DNA of 62,847 nt, the filler included, from Catajapyx aquilonaris (Eukaryota): the NCBI GenBank assembly GCA_000934665.2. It is 2 parts of 2 records of this genome, joined end to end, with 100 filler letters (N's around TTAATTAATTAA, not from the genome) between each part and the next. Parts side by side here need not be neighbours in the genome. Positions count along the whole stretch, not along the records: positions 1 to 31,452 come from JYFJ02004544.1; 1 more part is not named here. One strand, 5' to 3'. This document shows positions 1 through 11,500 of this stretch, in pieces (position 1 is the first letter of the stretch; the number at the start of each line of letters is the position of its first letter). A program made the translations under genes and the position numbers. The notes under the pieces were generated by a model. It was not told the origin of the DNA and searched no databases. It saw only the letters and a list, made by a program, of their open reading frames with translations.

Positions 1-2652
1 ATACTGATCATTATTATACAATGGGGGCCAAGCACATCCGTCATTTGGATCTCATCGGAATGTATATCGTCCGTCGCGCACTCTGAAGAATAATAATTTA
101 TTCTAGCCAAGCTGAGAGAGAGATTCTCATCTCCAGATCTGTCAAACCCACACCATGTGGTGTAATTAGGGCATTTGCACAGTGCATGACGTACAATTAT
201 CCCACGTGGTTGGGCGACTACCGACTACATGACGACGTTATTCATCTGCACCCCCCAACAACAAGGCGTTCAATAGAATAATAACTGCTCTATTCTCAAT
301 TTCCACATTCATTGTACTCATCAAAAGGGGCCTCCGATTATTATTTATTTCTGGAACATTATTCGCAGCATTTCCATTTCGCAGATGAATGGCTATAATA
401 ATAAGAGCCGATCGATGTTGCTTCGTGCATTTTACAGTACTGCAACGTGCGCAGAATTTATTTAATTGCCCATCGTCAGCACTTCTGTTTACGTGCATCT
501 GCTGCCGATGACCTTCACTAATCTATGGCAAATATAATAATAATGTATGCCTCATAATATGTGCAGTAGGCAGCAGTGTCCTACAGTACCTCCCGATGCC
601 CGATATATGATATCTATATAGTGCTGTTATGTTTACTCGTATATGAATATATAGAGCTATACGAGATAAACTATAGCTGTATCTCGATCCTGGTGCATGG
701 ATGCCCATGGTGCAGAAACCGACGAAATGTCAGAGTTGAACGAATTTCATGCTGCAGTATCATTGAGACTTTTTGGACCCATCGTAAGCAAGCAACAACA
801 TATTATACTATACGAAGGCGAATCAGAAAGTAATTGAAAACTTTATTTAACTCGGAAGTTTCACTAGAGAAACTGAAGCTGAGATATATAGAGCATACAG
901 CAGCTGGTGATGAATGTCCCTCCCCACAATGACGCGTAGTGACACTGATCTCTCTCCTGAGGCTGCCAGAATTAAAATAATGGGGTCAAGAGCGTGTCCA
1001 TCATCATGCAGCCAGTCATCCGAAAATCCGTAAGCAAGCAGCTGTAATATACCGTTAATGTTTGGCTATAGCGGCGCATGATTTATTTATTCTCCTCTCG
1101 TCATCGTCATCGATGGAGACTATAGTCCCTGATGGTAGACTATCACTGCCATAATATGAACGACACTACCTGATTAATTCCTCACGCCATGAAAATACGT
1201 AAAAAAAAACCGCTGTGCAAATAGCACTTACTCTTTATCAGCAAGCACATAATTATTATCTATCTGCAAAGCATGATCGAGCTGTCAAAGGCAGGAAAAA
1301 ACAGACGAGATAATAACTGATGGTGGCAGGAGAAAAGGTCACCCCACCAGAGGCGAGGATTGCATGCTGGCATCATCCCAGGCACTATATACCACCAAGT
1401 CTAGTGTGAGACGCAGCAGCACTTACATAATATGAGCAGGACCAATCAAAAATAATCAATGAAGCGCGTTTCTATCAATTTTGTATCCGGAACCACTCAT
1501 CCCCACAATTTACACATTATGAGACTCGGTGAGGGCCGTGGAGCTATAACTAACAATGCCTAATGACCCTACAGTAGGGTTGTGCATCTAGAAAAGTGTG
1601 ACAGGGCTCCAGTCTCCAAGGTCAAATTTTGATGTCGTGGTACATCAAGCACGAATCATATTCATTCCAACCATCATTATGCCTGTGCATAAATACTCCT
1701 AATCCCCAATTATATGGCATTGATTTGTACGTAACTGTGAGAGACGCCTGCATAGTCACTTACCTAAGTGCAGCCATCTACGGCAGATTCCTCAATGATG
1801 CACCATGTAGTTGAAGCAGAGCTCTCAATTCTCTAGCTGACCTGACACAATTTGACGTGGTTGTGGGCAAGCAGTGCATAGGTCAAGTTCCAGCTCTCAT
1901 TTCAAACTTTTCCTTTTCCCTCCATTGCTTCAAGCAGTGACCTGGGGTGTCACTTGGGGAATTTCAAGGTTCTGGAACCCACTTATTCACAACTCATGTC
2001 TGGAGGCAGGAACAGGGACAGAGCAGAGGACACATCTGAGAACATGTCCATTGCACAGGGCCATGGTTCTCGACCTTTATTATTACAGTAAGCTATACCT
2101 GCTGGATAATTATTTAAAGCCAAAATGAAGTAGTAAAAGACTTGTGATTTAGCAAGTCAGGATAGAATAATATCACAAATCAGAAAAACACCCACCTGCA
2201 GCTTCTATCATGTCACATGAACAACTCAGGTAATTGGGAAGTTTTCCGGTAAATCTAAACAAGTCATTTGGCTTAAAAGCATCAGAGGAATTTGCTTAGC
2301 TTAGCCTTCAGTGCTTCCATTGAAGGAGGTTGGTTTATCAGATGATTAGGCAGATCAGCGAGATAAGACGTGGCATGATTTTCTCACACCCTTCCTTCTT
2401 GCTCCTTGATAAAATTGCATACGGACATGCATCTCTTAGAAGGGCTCTCCAGATAAATAAAGACTGTATACAAAAATCCCTATTGTTGATGCAGTAACTG
2501 TCCTTGGATAAAATGTATATCATATTATAAGTGGGCTTCCCATTTTTTTGGAGGCACACCAGCCAGTAATACCACTGATGTAACTCACTATATTTAATTC
2601 CGACTCAGTGAGCCAGTGTTTTAGGAGAATGCCTTGATATAAAAACACATTA

Positions 2653-2665
2653 TTTATTGTTTATT
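2653..2665 (-). terminator. Putative polyadenylation signals (2x AATAAA) of Cad96Ca
   Basis: tttatt at 2653-2658 and 2660-2665, ~235 nt downstream of the stop. Confidence 0.55.
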
Positions 2666-2896
2666 GGAACATTTTAAATTAACACACTATTAGCTTTTTT
2701 CTGGTAACAAAATGAGACAGTTTATAAAACCAAAGGCGGGTAACACAACTAGAGTATTAATTATTCTTTGGGTCACGTGCTTTTTGTCCACGTGAGTCTT
2801 TAAAAGAGAAGGGCTTACCCACCACCACATAATGTAACTGATGATGATAACCCCCACACACATAATGAAGTACCTTCTGCCATGAGCCAGGGTGGG

Positions 2897-3187
2897 TCAG
2901 AGTCTCTCCCCTTGAGCCTGAGATGGAGGGAGATTGTAATAGGCATGCTCTGGGAACCTGTCCAGCTGCACATAGTCTGTCTCGGAGCAGAGGAGTGGCT
3001 CCAGAAGCTGGATGACCTCCGGGAAAGAAGGCCTGCCCTGCGGCTGTGCAGCCCAGCAGTAGAACATTACGTTGTACAGCTGGCGCTTGCAGTGGGCTGG
3101 CTTCTCCAGGCGGTGGCCGCCTTTCACAGCCCTCACTACCTCCGCAGCACCCATCCCGGGGTACGGGGTTGAGCCAAGAGTCACCAC
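2897..3187 (-). CDS. Cad96Ca: Cad96Ca last coding exon: kinase C-lobe and tail
   Basis: Acceptor ctgacag|[20 protein letters not shown]; stop at 2897-2899. Confidence 0.92.
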   Translation of the reverse strand: MVTLGSTPYPGMGAAEVVRAVKGGHRLEKPAHCKRQLYNVMFYCWAAQPQGRPSFPEVIQLLEPLLCSETDYVQLDRFPEHAYYNLPPSQAQGERL

Positions 3188-6100
3188 CTGTCAGGCACAA
3201 TTTGATGCAGGTCAGGCAATCAAGTGTGGGAACACCCTTCCAATTAACGACTCACCTCCCACATGAGGACTCCAAAGCTCCAGACATCAGACGCAGGTGA
3301 GAAGAGGTCATCAAAGAGCGACTCTGGAGCCATCCACCGGACTGGGAGGCGACCCTCCGACTTGCGCTCGTACACGTGCTGCGGAGATGGAAGTAGTCTG
3401 GCCAGGCCGAGGTCACACACTTTGCACACCAGATCAGAGGTCAGGAGCACATTGCGGGCTGCAAGGTCACGGTGCACCACTCCTTGAGAGGACAAGAATT
3501 CCATCCCTCTGGACACCTGCGAAGTAAATAAATGAGATGAATCTTACTATGACTAATGGAAAAGGAATAAAAACACAGATTCTGTCAATCATTTGTGCAT
3601 GAAACTTACCTGATGGCAGAAGGAGGTCAGGTTGTGCGAGGTGAGCGTTGGCGGGGCCATATGCTGCACTGGGACAAAGTTCTGAGTAGGGTACTGGTGC
3701 TCCCTGGAGCTGCGGAGAAAGGCCTGCAGGGTGCCCAGGGGAGCCAGCTCTAGGAGAATGAGAGGCGGCCTGGTGTCTGGCTGGTCAGTGCAGCATCCCA
3801 GGAGGCGGGTGACATTGACAGGGTGGTGGGTGGGGTCCTTCCAGAGGGACTTGAGCAAGGACAGCTCTCTCAGGAGGTCTGCCCTCTCACGCTCCCCTGC
3901 CCCCTCACGCAGGGTCTTCACTGCCACAGTCGTGCTGGAGCCTGCCCCTCCAGCACCAGGGGCAGTGGCGGCCAGCAGACCCTGGGCTTCCCCCCTCCAG
4001 ACCTGCGCAAAGCAACCCTCTCCCAAGACGCTAACAATTCTGAGCTGGTGTCGAGGGAACTCCCAGGATCCGTCATCCCCACCGTCCTCCTTGTCTTCCT
4101 CCCCATCATCCCCAGAGTGGCCCTTGCCTTCCTCCGCTTCCATTGGATAGCTCTCCTTGCACACAACTCCATTTACTGGTGACATCAGACCGTTACTGGT
4201 GGCTGCAACAGTTGTGGTCGTGGACCCAGGAGGGGAGTTGCTGACCACGGAGGGTGGAGGGGACGACCAGGACACAGTGGACTTGAGGCGCCTGAAGAGG
4301 ATGGCCATCTTCTTCCGGTTGACCCAACCTCCCCAGACAGCCAGGGGAATAAGAGAGAGGGTGGCAGCCAGGGGAAGCACCGTAGCAGCCACCCCACTTC
4401 CACTGCCATGCTCCCTCTCCGCACCACCACCACCAGAAGTGACGTTTGTCACTGCTTCCTCCGCGTTGGTGGTGACAACCGGAGTGGTGGTCGGGATGGC
4501 AACGGGAGGGGGAGTCTGATGGTGCAGCACATTTGGGGGTGGGCGCTGGGGAGGTCTGGTGGTGTGGATGGTGATTGCTGGCCACGGTGTCTGGCCGCTG
4601 TTGGGTGCCGTGACGTTGGAGCCGCCAGGGGAATGGGTCCGACTGGGCTTCAGGATGCTTATCCTGACTTCCACTTTGGACGTCAGGTGGCCATCGGTGG
4701 CTGTCACTCTCAGGTAGAACTGCTGATCAGCCTGAAAAAAATAAAGCAACACTTGATTACCCCCAATTCAGTGATCAGTGCAATTGACTAATTCTTGTCC
4801 AGAACGGAGGCAGTCCACATACCAATTTGCATCAAACTCCATGAAGTACCGTCAAACAGGGTGAACTTGGTCCAAAATTTCAGTTTTACAAAGATACAAG
4901 AACGAAGACAACTGTGAAATTTTCAAATTAGGAGTTGGACAATGCTGCCTCAATAGGGTGAGAATGAGAATATTTTTTCCATGCACAATACTATGTTAAC
5001 TAAATAATTAAGGCCGAGATGGCAACGTCTCGGCTTGCTGAGTGAAAGGTCCCAGGTTCGATCCCTGCCTGGAAGTTCCCTTTCACCTGCGTCAGGAGAG
5101 TCTCCGACGTGCACCAAGGAGGTGTCTGGCAACCTAACCTCCTAGGTAATAAATATTAACACCACTGGAAAGGTTTACCGTCATCTCCTAAAAAAGGCCA
5201 CTACACTTCCTTTGCAATTTCTTGATTTTCAAAATAAAGTCTGCACACTACGAAAATTGGGTTTGTTTCATGGGGTGGACTTTATCATTTATTTCCTTGC
5301 TCACCTATGTCGGCACAGCTGATTTTTTTTTGGTCTACAGCAAGCTATAAGTGCTGCAGTAATGGCATGACATCATTTTGACACATGTTACCTTAAATTA
5401 ATAAATATTAATTCAAGACATTTTTGGAAATGTGGCAAAGTTCACCTGGCCGGCCAAGGTCATCCCATTTGACGGTAGTTGAAATCATGCTGACACATTC
5501 TACCTTCTCTGCCAGTGTAACTTGTTGCCACGAGTGTTGTTAATAATTGGTGAAATTACCAGTCCTTGGAGACTCTTGGCCAGGGTGACGATACCAGAGT
5601 GTGAATTGATGGCAAAGAAGGCTGATCCGTCCAGATAGGGAACGTCCTCAATGCCAAAGGTTGGGGCGGGTGCGGACGGATCCTGCGGGATGGCCACTTG
5701 CTCCACGACGGAGCCTACAGGAGTGTCCTCAGGGAGCGACCAGTCCCTTCGAACCCTGACCACAGGTGGGGAGTGGTGCTGAAGCTGAGGGTGGTGCTGC
5801 TGCTGCTGCTGGCGCACCGTGGGTGGGTGGGTGGGCGGGGAGGGGGGTGGCGGGAGGGAGGACAGGGAGGGCAGGGGGGGCGGGGGAGGAGGGGTGCGCA
5901 GGACGACACTGCTGCTGACATCAACACCGCTCCCACCGCTGCCCACCAGGTAGTGGAACTCGTCTGCCGAAGACTGATCTGCAGGCAGGGAGGGAACCAT
6001 ATTAGAATGTTTAAGTGTCTAGTTAACCAAACCTTTAAAAAAGGAGCATGACGGATAAAGGGAGCTAACCAGACCTTTTTGAAATATACCCCTTATTATC

Positions 6101-6569
6101 CACACTAGCTCTGTGGCATGCAAAGAATAAGCGATAGTAAATGAGTGAACTGATATAATACTGCACCTTGTGCGGTGGTGGTGGTGGCAGGGGTCAAGAT
6201 GCAGAGGAGGAGAAGGGACCAGAATGCGAGTAGAGATGAGGACGAGGGAGGTGGTCGTCTGTGGCGGTGGGAGGCGGCGGCAGTGGCGTGGTGCGATGAA
6301 TAAGAGCAGCTGGTGGGAAGGGATGCTGACGAAGAACACGATGGTGTGGATGGTGGTGGCTTTGTCGTTGGTTTCCTTCTCTCCTGTCTGACGCTGCTGA
6401 CTAGTCCCTGACGGCAACGAGTATGAGTATGCCTCCTTGCTGTCACTGTGGTGCTTCTTCTGCCGCTCTGGCCATCATCCCCAGCACCCTCCTGCTGACT
6501 GTGGCCCTCTTCAGACAATACCAATTGAGGCCACCACCGAGGCCACCACCTGTTGGTGGCCTCCGCCAT
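2897..6569 (-). CDS. Cad96Ca: Cad96Ca/Stitcher-like receptor tyrosine kinase (signal peptide, one cadherin repeat, TM, RET-like kinase); 5 coding exons, ~831 aa from ATG 6569
   Basis: Exons 6569(or 6668)-6167, 5978-5560, 4731-3610, 3516-3256 and 3187-2897 have GT-AG introns with matching phases. Motifs: cadherin ([26 protein letters not shown]), [41 protein letters not shown], and the C-terminal [16 protein letters not shown] characteristic of Cad96Ca. Confidence 0.9.
3256..3516 (-). CDS. Cad96Ca: Cad96Ca exon: catalytic and activation loops
   Basis: Acceptor ttcgcag|GTG, donor [24 protein letters not shown]. Confidence 0.93.
3610..4731 (-). CDS. Cad96Ca: Cad96Ca exon: end of cadherin, Thr/Pro stalk, TM, kinase N-lobe
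   Basis: Acceptor ttttttcag|GCT, donor CAG|GTAAGT. Confidence 0.92.
5012..5144 (+). mobile_element. Truncated tRNA-derived SINE (family 2) in a Cad96Ca intron
   Basis: GGCCGAGATGG..GGTTCGATCCC box A/B-like head; closely similar to 49035-49165. Confidence 0.8.
5560..5978 (-). CDS. Cad96Ca: Cad96Ca exon: Pro-rich linker and first part of cadherin repeat
   Basis: Acceptor ccctgcctgcag|AT, donor CTG|GTAATT; cadherin motifs in translation. Confidence 0.85.
6167..6569 (-). CDS. Cad96Ca: Cad96Ca first coding exon (N-terminal extension + signal peptide); start codon uncertain
   Basis: Hydrophobic [22 protein letters not shown], then donor CAAG|GTGCAG (phase 1) matching the acceptor at 5978. In-frame ATGs at 6569 (gggATGG) and 6668. 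Confidence 0.65.
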
Positions 6570-7092
6570 CCCCTGACTGCTGGTTATGACAATGTCAGAG
6601 CAGCAGCAGCAGCAGCAGCCGTCATCTCCTGGTGCTGTCAGCAGTCGTCGCCTCCTTCGACAACGCATTTGGACCACCACGTAGCTGTAGTGACGATGGA
6701 TGGCGGCCAAGGTTTATCCGTGTCACCCGGACGTTCAAGTCTCGTCCTTATTGGCACACTCCCCCAGCCCTCCTCCTCCTCCTCCTTCCACCTGGTTGCG
6801 GGGCTCTTGTCTTGACCACGACGACCTTTTGACGTGGGACTGACAGCCAGGGATGCCTGCCCACGTAGACGCACTGTCACGGACAGACACTATCCGAGGA
6901 GGGCAAGTGCGGGGTCGGAGAAAGAGCGAAGAAAGAAGGCGGATGGAATAATAGGGGCTGGTGGTCCTCCTCAAGAAGGTGGTGCGGGGGTGGTGGCTCC
7001 TCCTGGCGGGGGAAAGGATGAAGCCTCCTTGGAATGCGGCAGAAGGAAAGAAGAAAAGGACGGTTCGGGATGGATGGCCCGCCGGGAAGGGA

Positions 7093-7105
7093 ATTATATA
7101 TATAA
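7093..7105 (-). promoter_or_regulatory. Possible TATA box of Cad96Ca
   Basis: TATATATAA on the minus strand in otherwise GC-rich sequence, ~430-530 nt upstream of the candidate ATGs. Confidence 0.3.
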
Positions 7106-7804
7106 AGAAAAGGGGGTGGGGGGGAAAACAGAGATAGGAAGATCACTCACCCCGGAGGCTGCACTACTCAACAGCCATCATAGATGGACCAAAAGGGAAT
7201 AATAAAGGAAATTCACTCGATGGCCAGCAATAAGTCATTGCTAATGATGAATTCATTTCATTATATGGGGGTCAGCAAGGGCCTTGACCTCCATTCCTCC
7301 ACTTCCAGCCACACGCCATCATCGTCCTGGAATGACACTAGACGACCAATCACCACATATGGAATTCCCACCACACAACCTCCGGCCCATACACCTTTCC
7401 AGGAATTATTGCGATGCTTTCTTTTTCTTTAATTGGGGCACCACAGCATGCCCGGAATGACCTTCACTCCTTTTTTTTTTCCTATACAAGGTGATTGGCT
7501 CTGATGCTGCATGTCCACACATTTCCCATTGGGGGTTTAAAAAAAACATGAACCAGCAATTACTGCACCCAGATCCAGCATCGCTTCAAGCACTGCATGA
7601 ATATCTCGCTTGGCTTGTTGTCCACCGGCAGTACCGTAGCAGTTGTAGGTCAGTAACTGCATCTTTTGTGGAGCAACAACCCCTGCAAGAGCCAGCATAT
7701 TATTATGTCATGATGAGGCTTCCACAACGCCTGGTTGCACAGAATGTCATGTTGTGCATTAATTGCCCCACATTACTTTGGCACCAAAGTCCACCTGCAC
7801 AACT

Positions 7805-7937
7805 TTTATTACTCAGGAAATTGTAAAGCATTAGTACATTTCAGAATGTGAATTGCTGCAAAGAAATGGATGTTGGTGACAAAAATTGAAACAAATGTCT
7901 TGTTTCGATGGCATATGGACAAGTGGCTATTTTTATT
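7805..7937 (-). terminator. Putative polyadenylation signals of CAP/SORBS
   Basis: AATAAA (minus) at 7932-7937 and 7805-7810, downstream of the stop at 8376. Confidence 0.45.
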
Positions 7938-8375
7938 ATGACAATAAGTATAGTGTCAGGAGTCGGGGAAAGTAGTGCAGGTCAGTGTATCGTACATGAG
8001 AACAAATAATAATGTGCCAAGGTTAGTCATTTTTCCTTCCGGAGCTGCCAAAACAAACAAAAAAAAACGACAACAAAAAAAGGGGGAAAAACAACATAAA
8101 GTGTTATACAATATGTATAAGGCACTCAAGGCCAGGTCAATTATAAGGTATGTGGATGAGGTACCACCAGCGCTGCCTCCGGGGCAGGAGGTTTTCATCA
8201 TTGTCATGAAGGCTATACGTATTATGTACATATGACTTGACACCCTGACACTCAAGCAAAATGGACGTCTGGTTATTAGCTCCTCATCTTTATCATTGCT
8301 GGGCATGTCCCACAAAGAACAGCGGTTAATAAGGTAGCATGCAATCGCGTATGCGTTGAGCGCACATTCTCTTGT

Positions 8376-8544
8376 CTACAGCTGCTCGACGTAATTGCCA
8401 GGGAAGGTCCCAAAGCACCCGGATCTGGCAGAGGCTCCCACAAACCACCCGTCATCACACTTCTCCAGGACGTGCACCACCTCCCCTTCCGCAAGCTCCA
8501 GTTCATCCTCGTGTTGAGGCTTATATGCATACAGTGCACGGTAC
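8376..8544 (-). CDS. CAP: CAP last exon: third SH3 domain
   Basis: ttgcag|[36 protein letters not shown]. Confidence 0.93.
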
Positions 8545-11500
8545 CTGCAAGTAACAACGCAGGGTGGGGTTAAAATGTTAGATGGCATCTTGTCTCTGTA
8601 TGGGTTTGAATAACTGTGAAATGTGTTTCCAAAAACGACGGCAGAATTATACATACGCAACAGGCTGCAGGCATGTGTCGACATGCAGCATCCCATCTCC
8701 TCCCATGTTGGTCATCCCATTGGCAGTGACAGACTTGGTGGCCTTGGACATGGTGGTGGTAATTGCGCTCTTGGTGATAAGCTGATCGGCCGAGATGGGA
8801 GCTGGCACGGGGATGGGGGCAGCCAGCGGGGTGATTGGTGTGGAGGGGCTGTCCGCAGGGGCAGAGATCACCTCCACGTAGGCCACTGGGAATATTCCCT
8901 GCCGGTTGCCTTGCCGACCTTCCCACCAGTTGGGGTCCACCCTCCTCACTAGCCTGTTTCGACAAGGTGTCAATCCAGCCATGTCTACAAACCACTTTGC
9001 AAGTGACATGAAGATATACACACCTGACAAGCTCACCCCTGGCAAGCCCCAGCTCCAGAGGAGTCTGAGCCACAAAGGTGAACCTAGCCCTGGCCAGCCC
9101 TTCCCCGACTGTGGTAGCAGGACGCTTGACGGGTGGAGCCGAATCAACAGTTATGGTGGACAGCGCAACACTCATGGCCTCGTCAGCAGGGGGAAGCAGG
9201 ACAGGGGCGTCCACCTGCTCCACGTAGCTGGCCGGGAACATCCCAATCGCTCCGTACCTCTCTCCTTCCAGCCAGTTGCGGTCGATGCGACGCCGAACCT
9301 GAACCACGTCTCCCTTCTTCAGTGCCAGCTCTCTGCAATCAGGAATCATGTTAACTCATCAGTCATGAGCTGGGTAACTAACCCACCCCGCTGTCCAGGC
9401 GGGTACCACCTTCGTAGTTCCTCACCTTGGCCCTTGTGCAGAAAAGGAGAAGAGGGCCCTCACCATCACCTTCCCACTCTTGAACAGGTCTGGGCTCTTC
9501 GAAGGTGCAAGGTCTGCTCCAAAGTCGTCATATCGGTTCAGCGGGATTGGACTCTTCTGGGACGGCCTGTTGGCACAATAAGTCCATTGAAAATCAATCG
9601 GGTGACGGAATACGTTGAAAGTGACATGCACACTGTGAAATAACAATAATAAGCAATCCTGACGAGGCTACGCACGTGAAGTAGTCGGTGTGCCTCCTGC
9701 TCTCAATGTCGTGCAGCTCTTGCAGCAGCTTCCGCCTCCTGAGCTCGTCATACCTGCGGCGCATGGCCTCCTCCTGCCTCCTCCGCAGTTCCTCCTCGTC
9801 CACCTCCCTCCCGTGGTCAGGGGTGCGCACTGGGCTGTGGTAATGGATGTTCACGCTCGACTCCTGGTACCGGTGGGGGGACACTGCAACACCCATCATC
9901 ACCAGGTAGGGTATAACACACATTATGAGTGTGGTGCAATGACAGTGTGTGTGTGTGTATGTGTAACCTATCCCTAAAAGTGCCATATGTATTATGTGGT
10001 GTGTCTTGTGTGTTACAGGAGGGTGGAGAGCCTGGGCTGCATGTGTCTGAGTCCCAACAATGCCCGCCTCAGGGCTGCGGCTGGGGGCATGGGCTGCATC
10101 GTTGGCAGGGAGGAGCAACAACGATTGTCGTCAAATGGGTGGTGGTGGCGTGGGGGTGGCGGAGTGTACCTGGAGCGAGGCCGGTGGGCTTTGGGGTCGA
10201 ATTCAGGTCTCTTTGGCGGAGGGGGCAGTGGTGGCGGCGGCTGAGTTTTGACAACCGGGGTGGCATTGCTGCGGCTGGTTGAGACTATCTTGTGGCGCTT
10301 GAGCTGCGACAGGTCAGGGTCGGAAGTGAACAGGCGGCCCAAGAGCGAGGGGGACTTGGTGGACTCTGCTGCGGGGAGGACGTATATGTGGTGTGGCTCA
10401 AAGAAGGAGCGGAGTGTGGCAACGCTGCCAATTGTTGCTTGTCGCCTCTGCCTGGCTATGCGCTTGGCGAGTGTCGCCAGGGTGGACGCAGTGTCCTGTG
10501 GCGGGAGGGACGATGGGGAACGACGGTGGAGGGAGAGGATGGCTCCTATGACATGAGAGTGAGATGGCTCTGGAGGAGGGGGCGGAGAGCGGTAGCGGTA
10601 GAATGGTGGTGAGGAGAGGCTGCGTGGCGGTGGCGGTGGCGACGGGGATGACCTGGATGAACATGACGGAGGAGGGGACGCAGAGCGGGAACGGGACTCA
10701 AAGAAGGCGACCTTTGCACCGACAGTGTGTCGCCGCACCAGCCTGGTCCTGGCCGTCTCCCTGGAGAAATGGGCTGCCAGTTGGCGCTGGGCTGGAGAAG
10801 GGACTCGGACAGGAGTGTGACCTGGGCTTGGTGGGGAGGGATCACGCGAGGAGCCTATGGTGGGGGAGTGGTTGATGGCAGTGCTTGAGGCGTAGTGACT
10901 TGGGGTGGAGCTAATAGCAGGGTTTGAGGCGTGGAGGGAGGCCTGCCTTTGAGATAAACTCGTGCCAGAGATTGTGTGGTATTTGGTTGGGGCAGGTACG
11001 TGGGCTGGACCAGGCGAAGGAGGTCGGAATGGAGGCGGGGACAGGTTGTGGTAGCTCCAGCACCTGGGTGGCAGAACCCGACTGGAGTGGATGCTGGAAG
11101 GAGAAGGTGGCCTGGAGAAGAACGACCTGAGCTCCTCTACAGAATGCTCCTTGGCTCTGAGGCGCCAGTCGCCAGACCAGGACGAATGGCGCCTCACTGG
11201 CCTGCCCCTGCTCCTCCGCTGCTCCTCCTCCTTGAACATGGTCTGTGCCCTCACAAACTGCGGAGACCTCCCACCTGATCCCCGCACTGAGGACACGTAT
11301 CTGTGGTAGTCCAGATCCTCATCTTGATGGCATGTGGTCCTTGCAGGAAGCGTTGCAGTTGAATATCGCTCCTTCTTCTTCACCATTGGCAGGGTGAGGT
11401 ATGAGGAGTGGAAGGACGATGGGAGTGGGAGTGATGCATCGCCAACCCTGAACCTGGATTGTGACACCAGCTGGCGATGGTGGAGGAAGCTGCATGTTGA

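Noticed and set aside
1..2600. Short ORFs and an isolated strong donor (TTAG|GTAAGT, minus, ~1763)
   Set aside because: All three frames upstream of the donor close quickly and no protein similarity was recognised.
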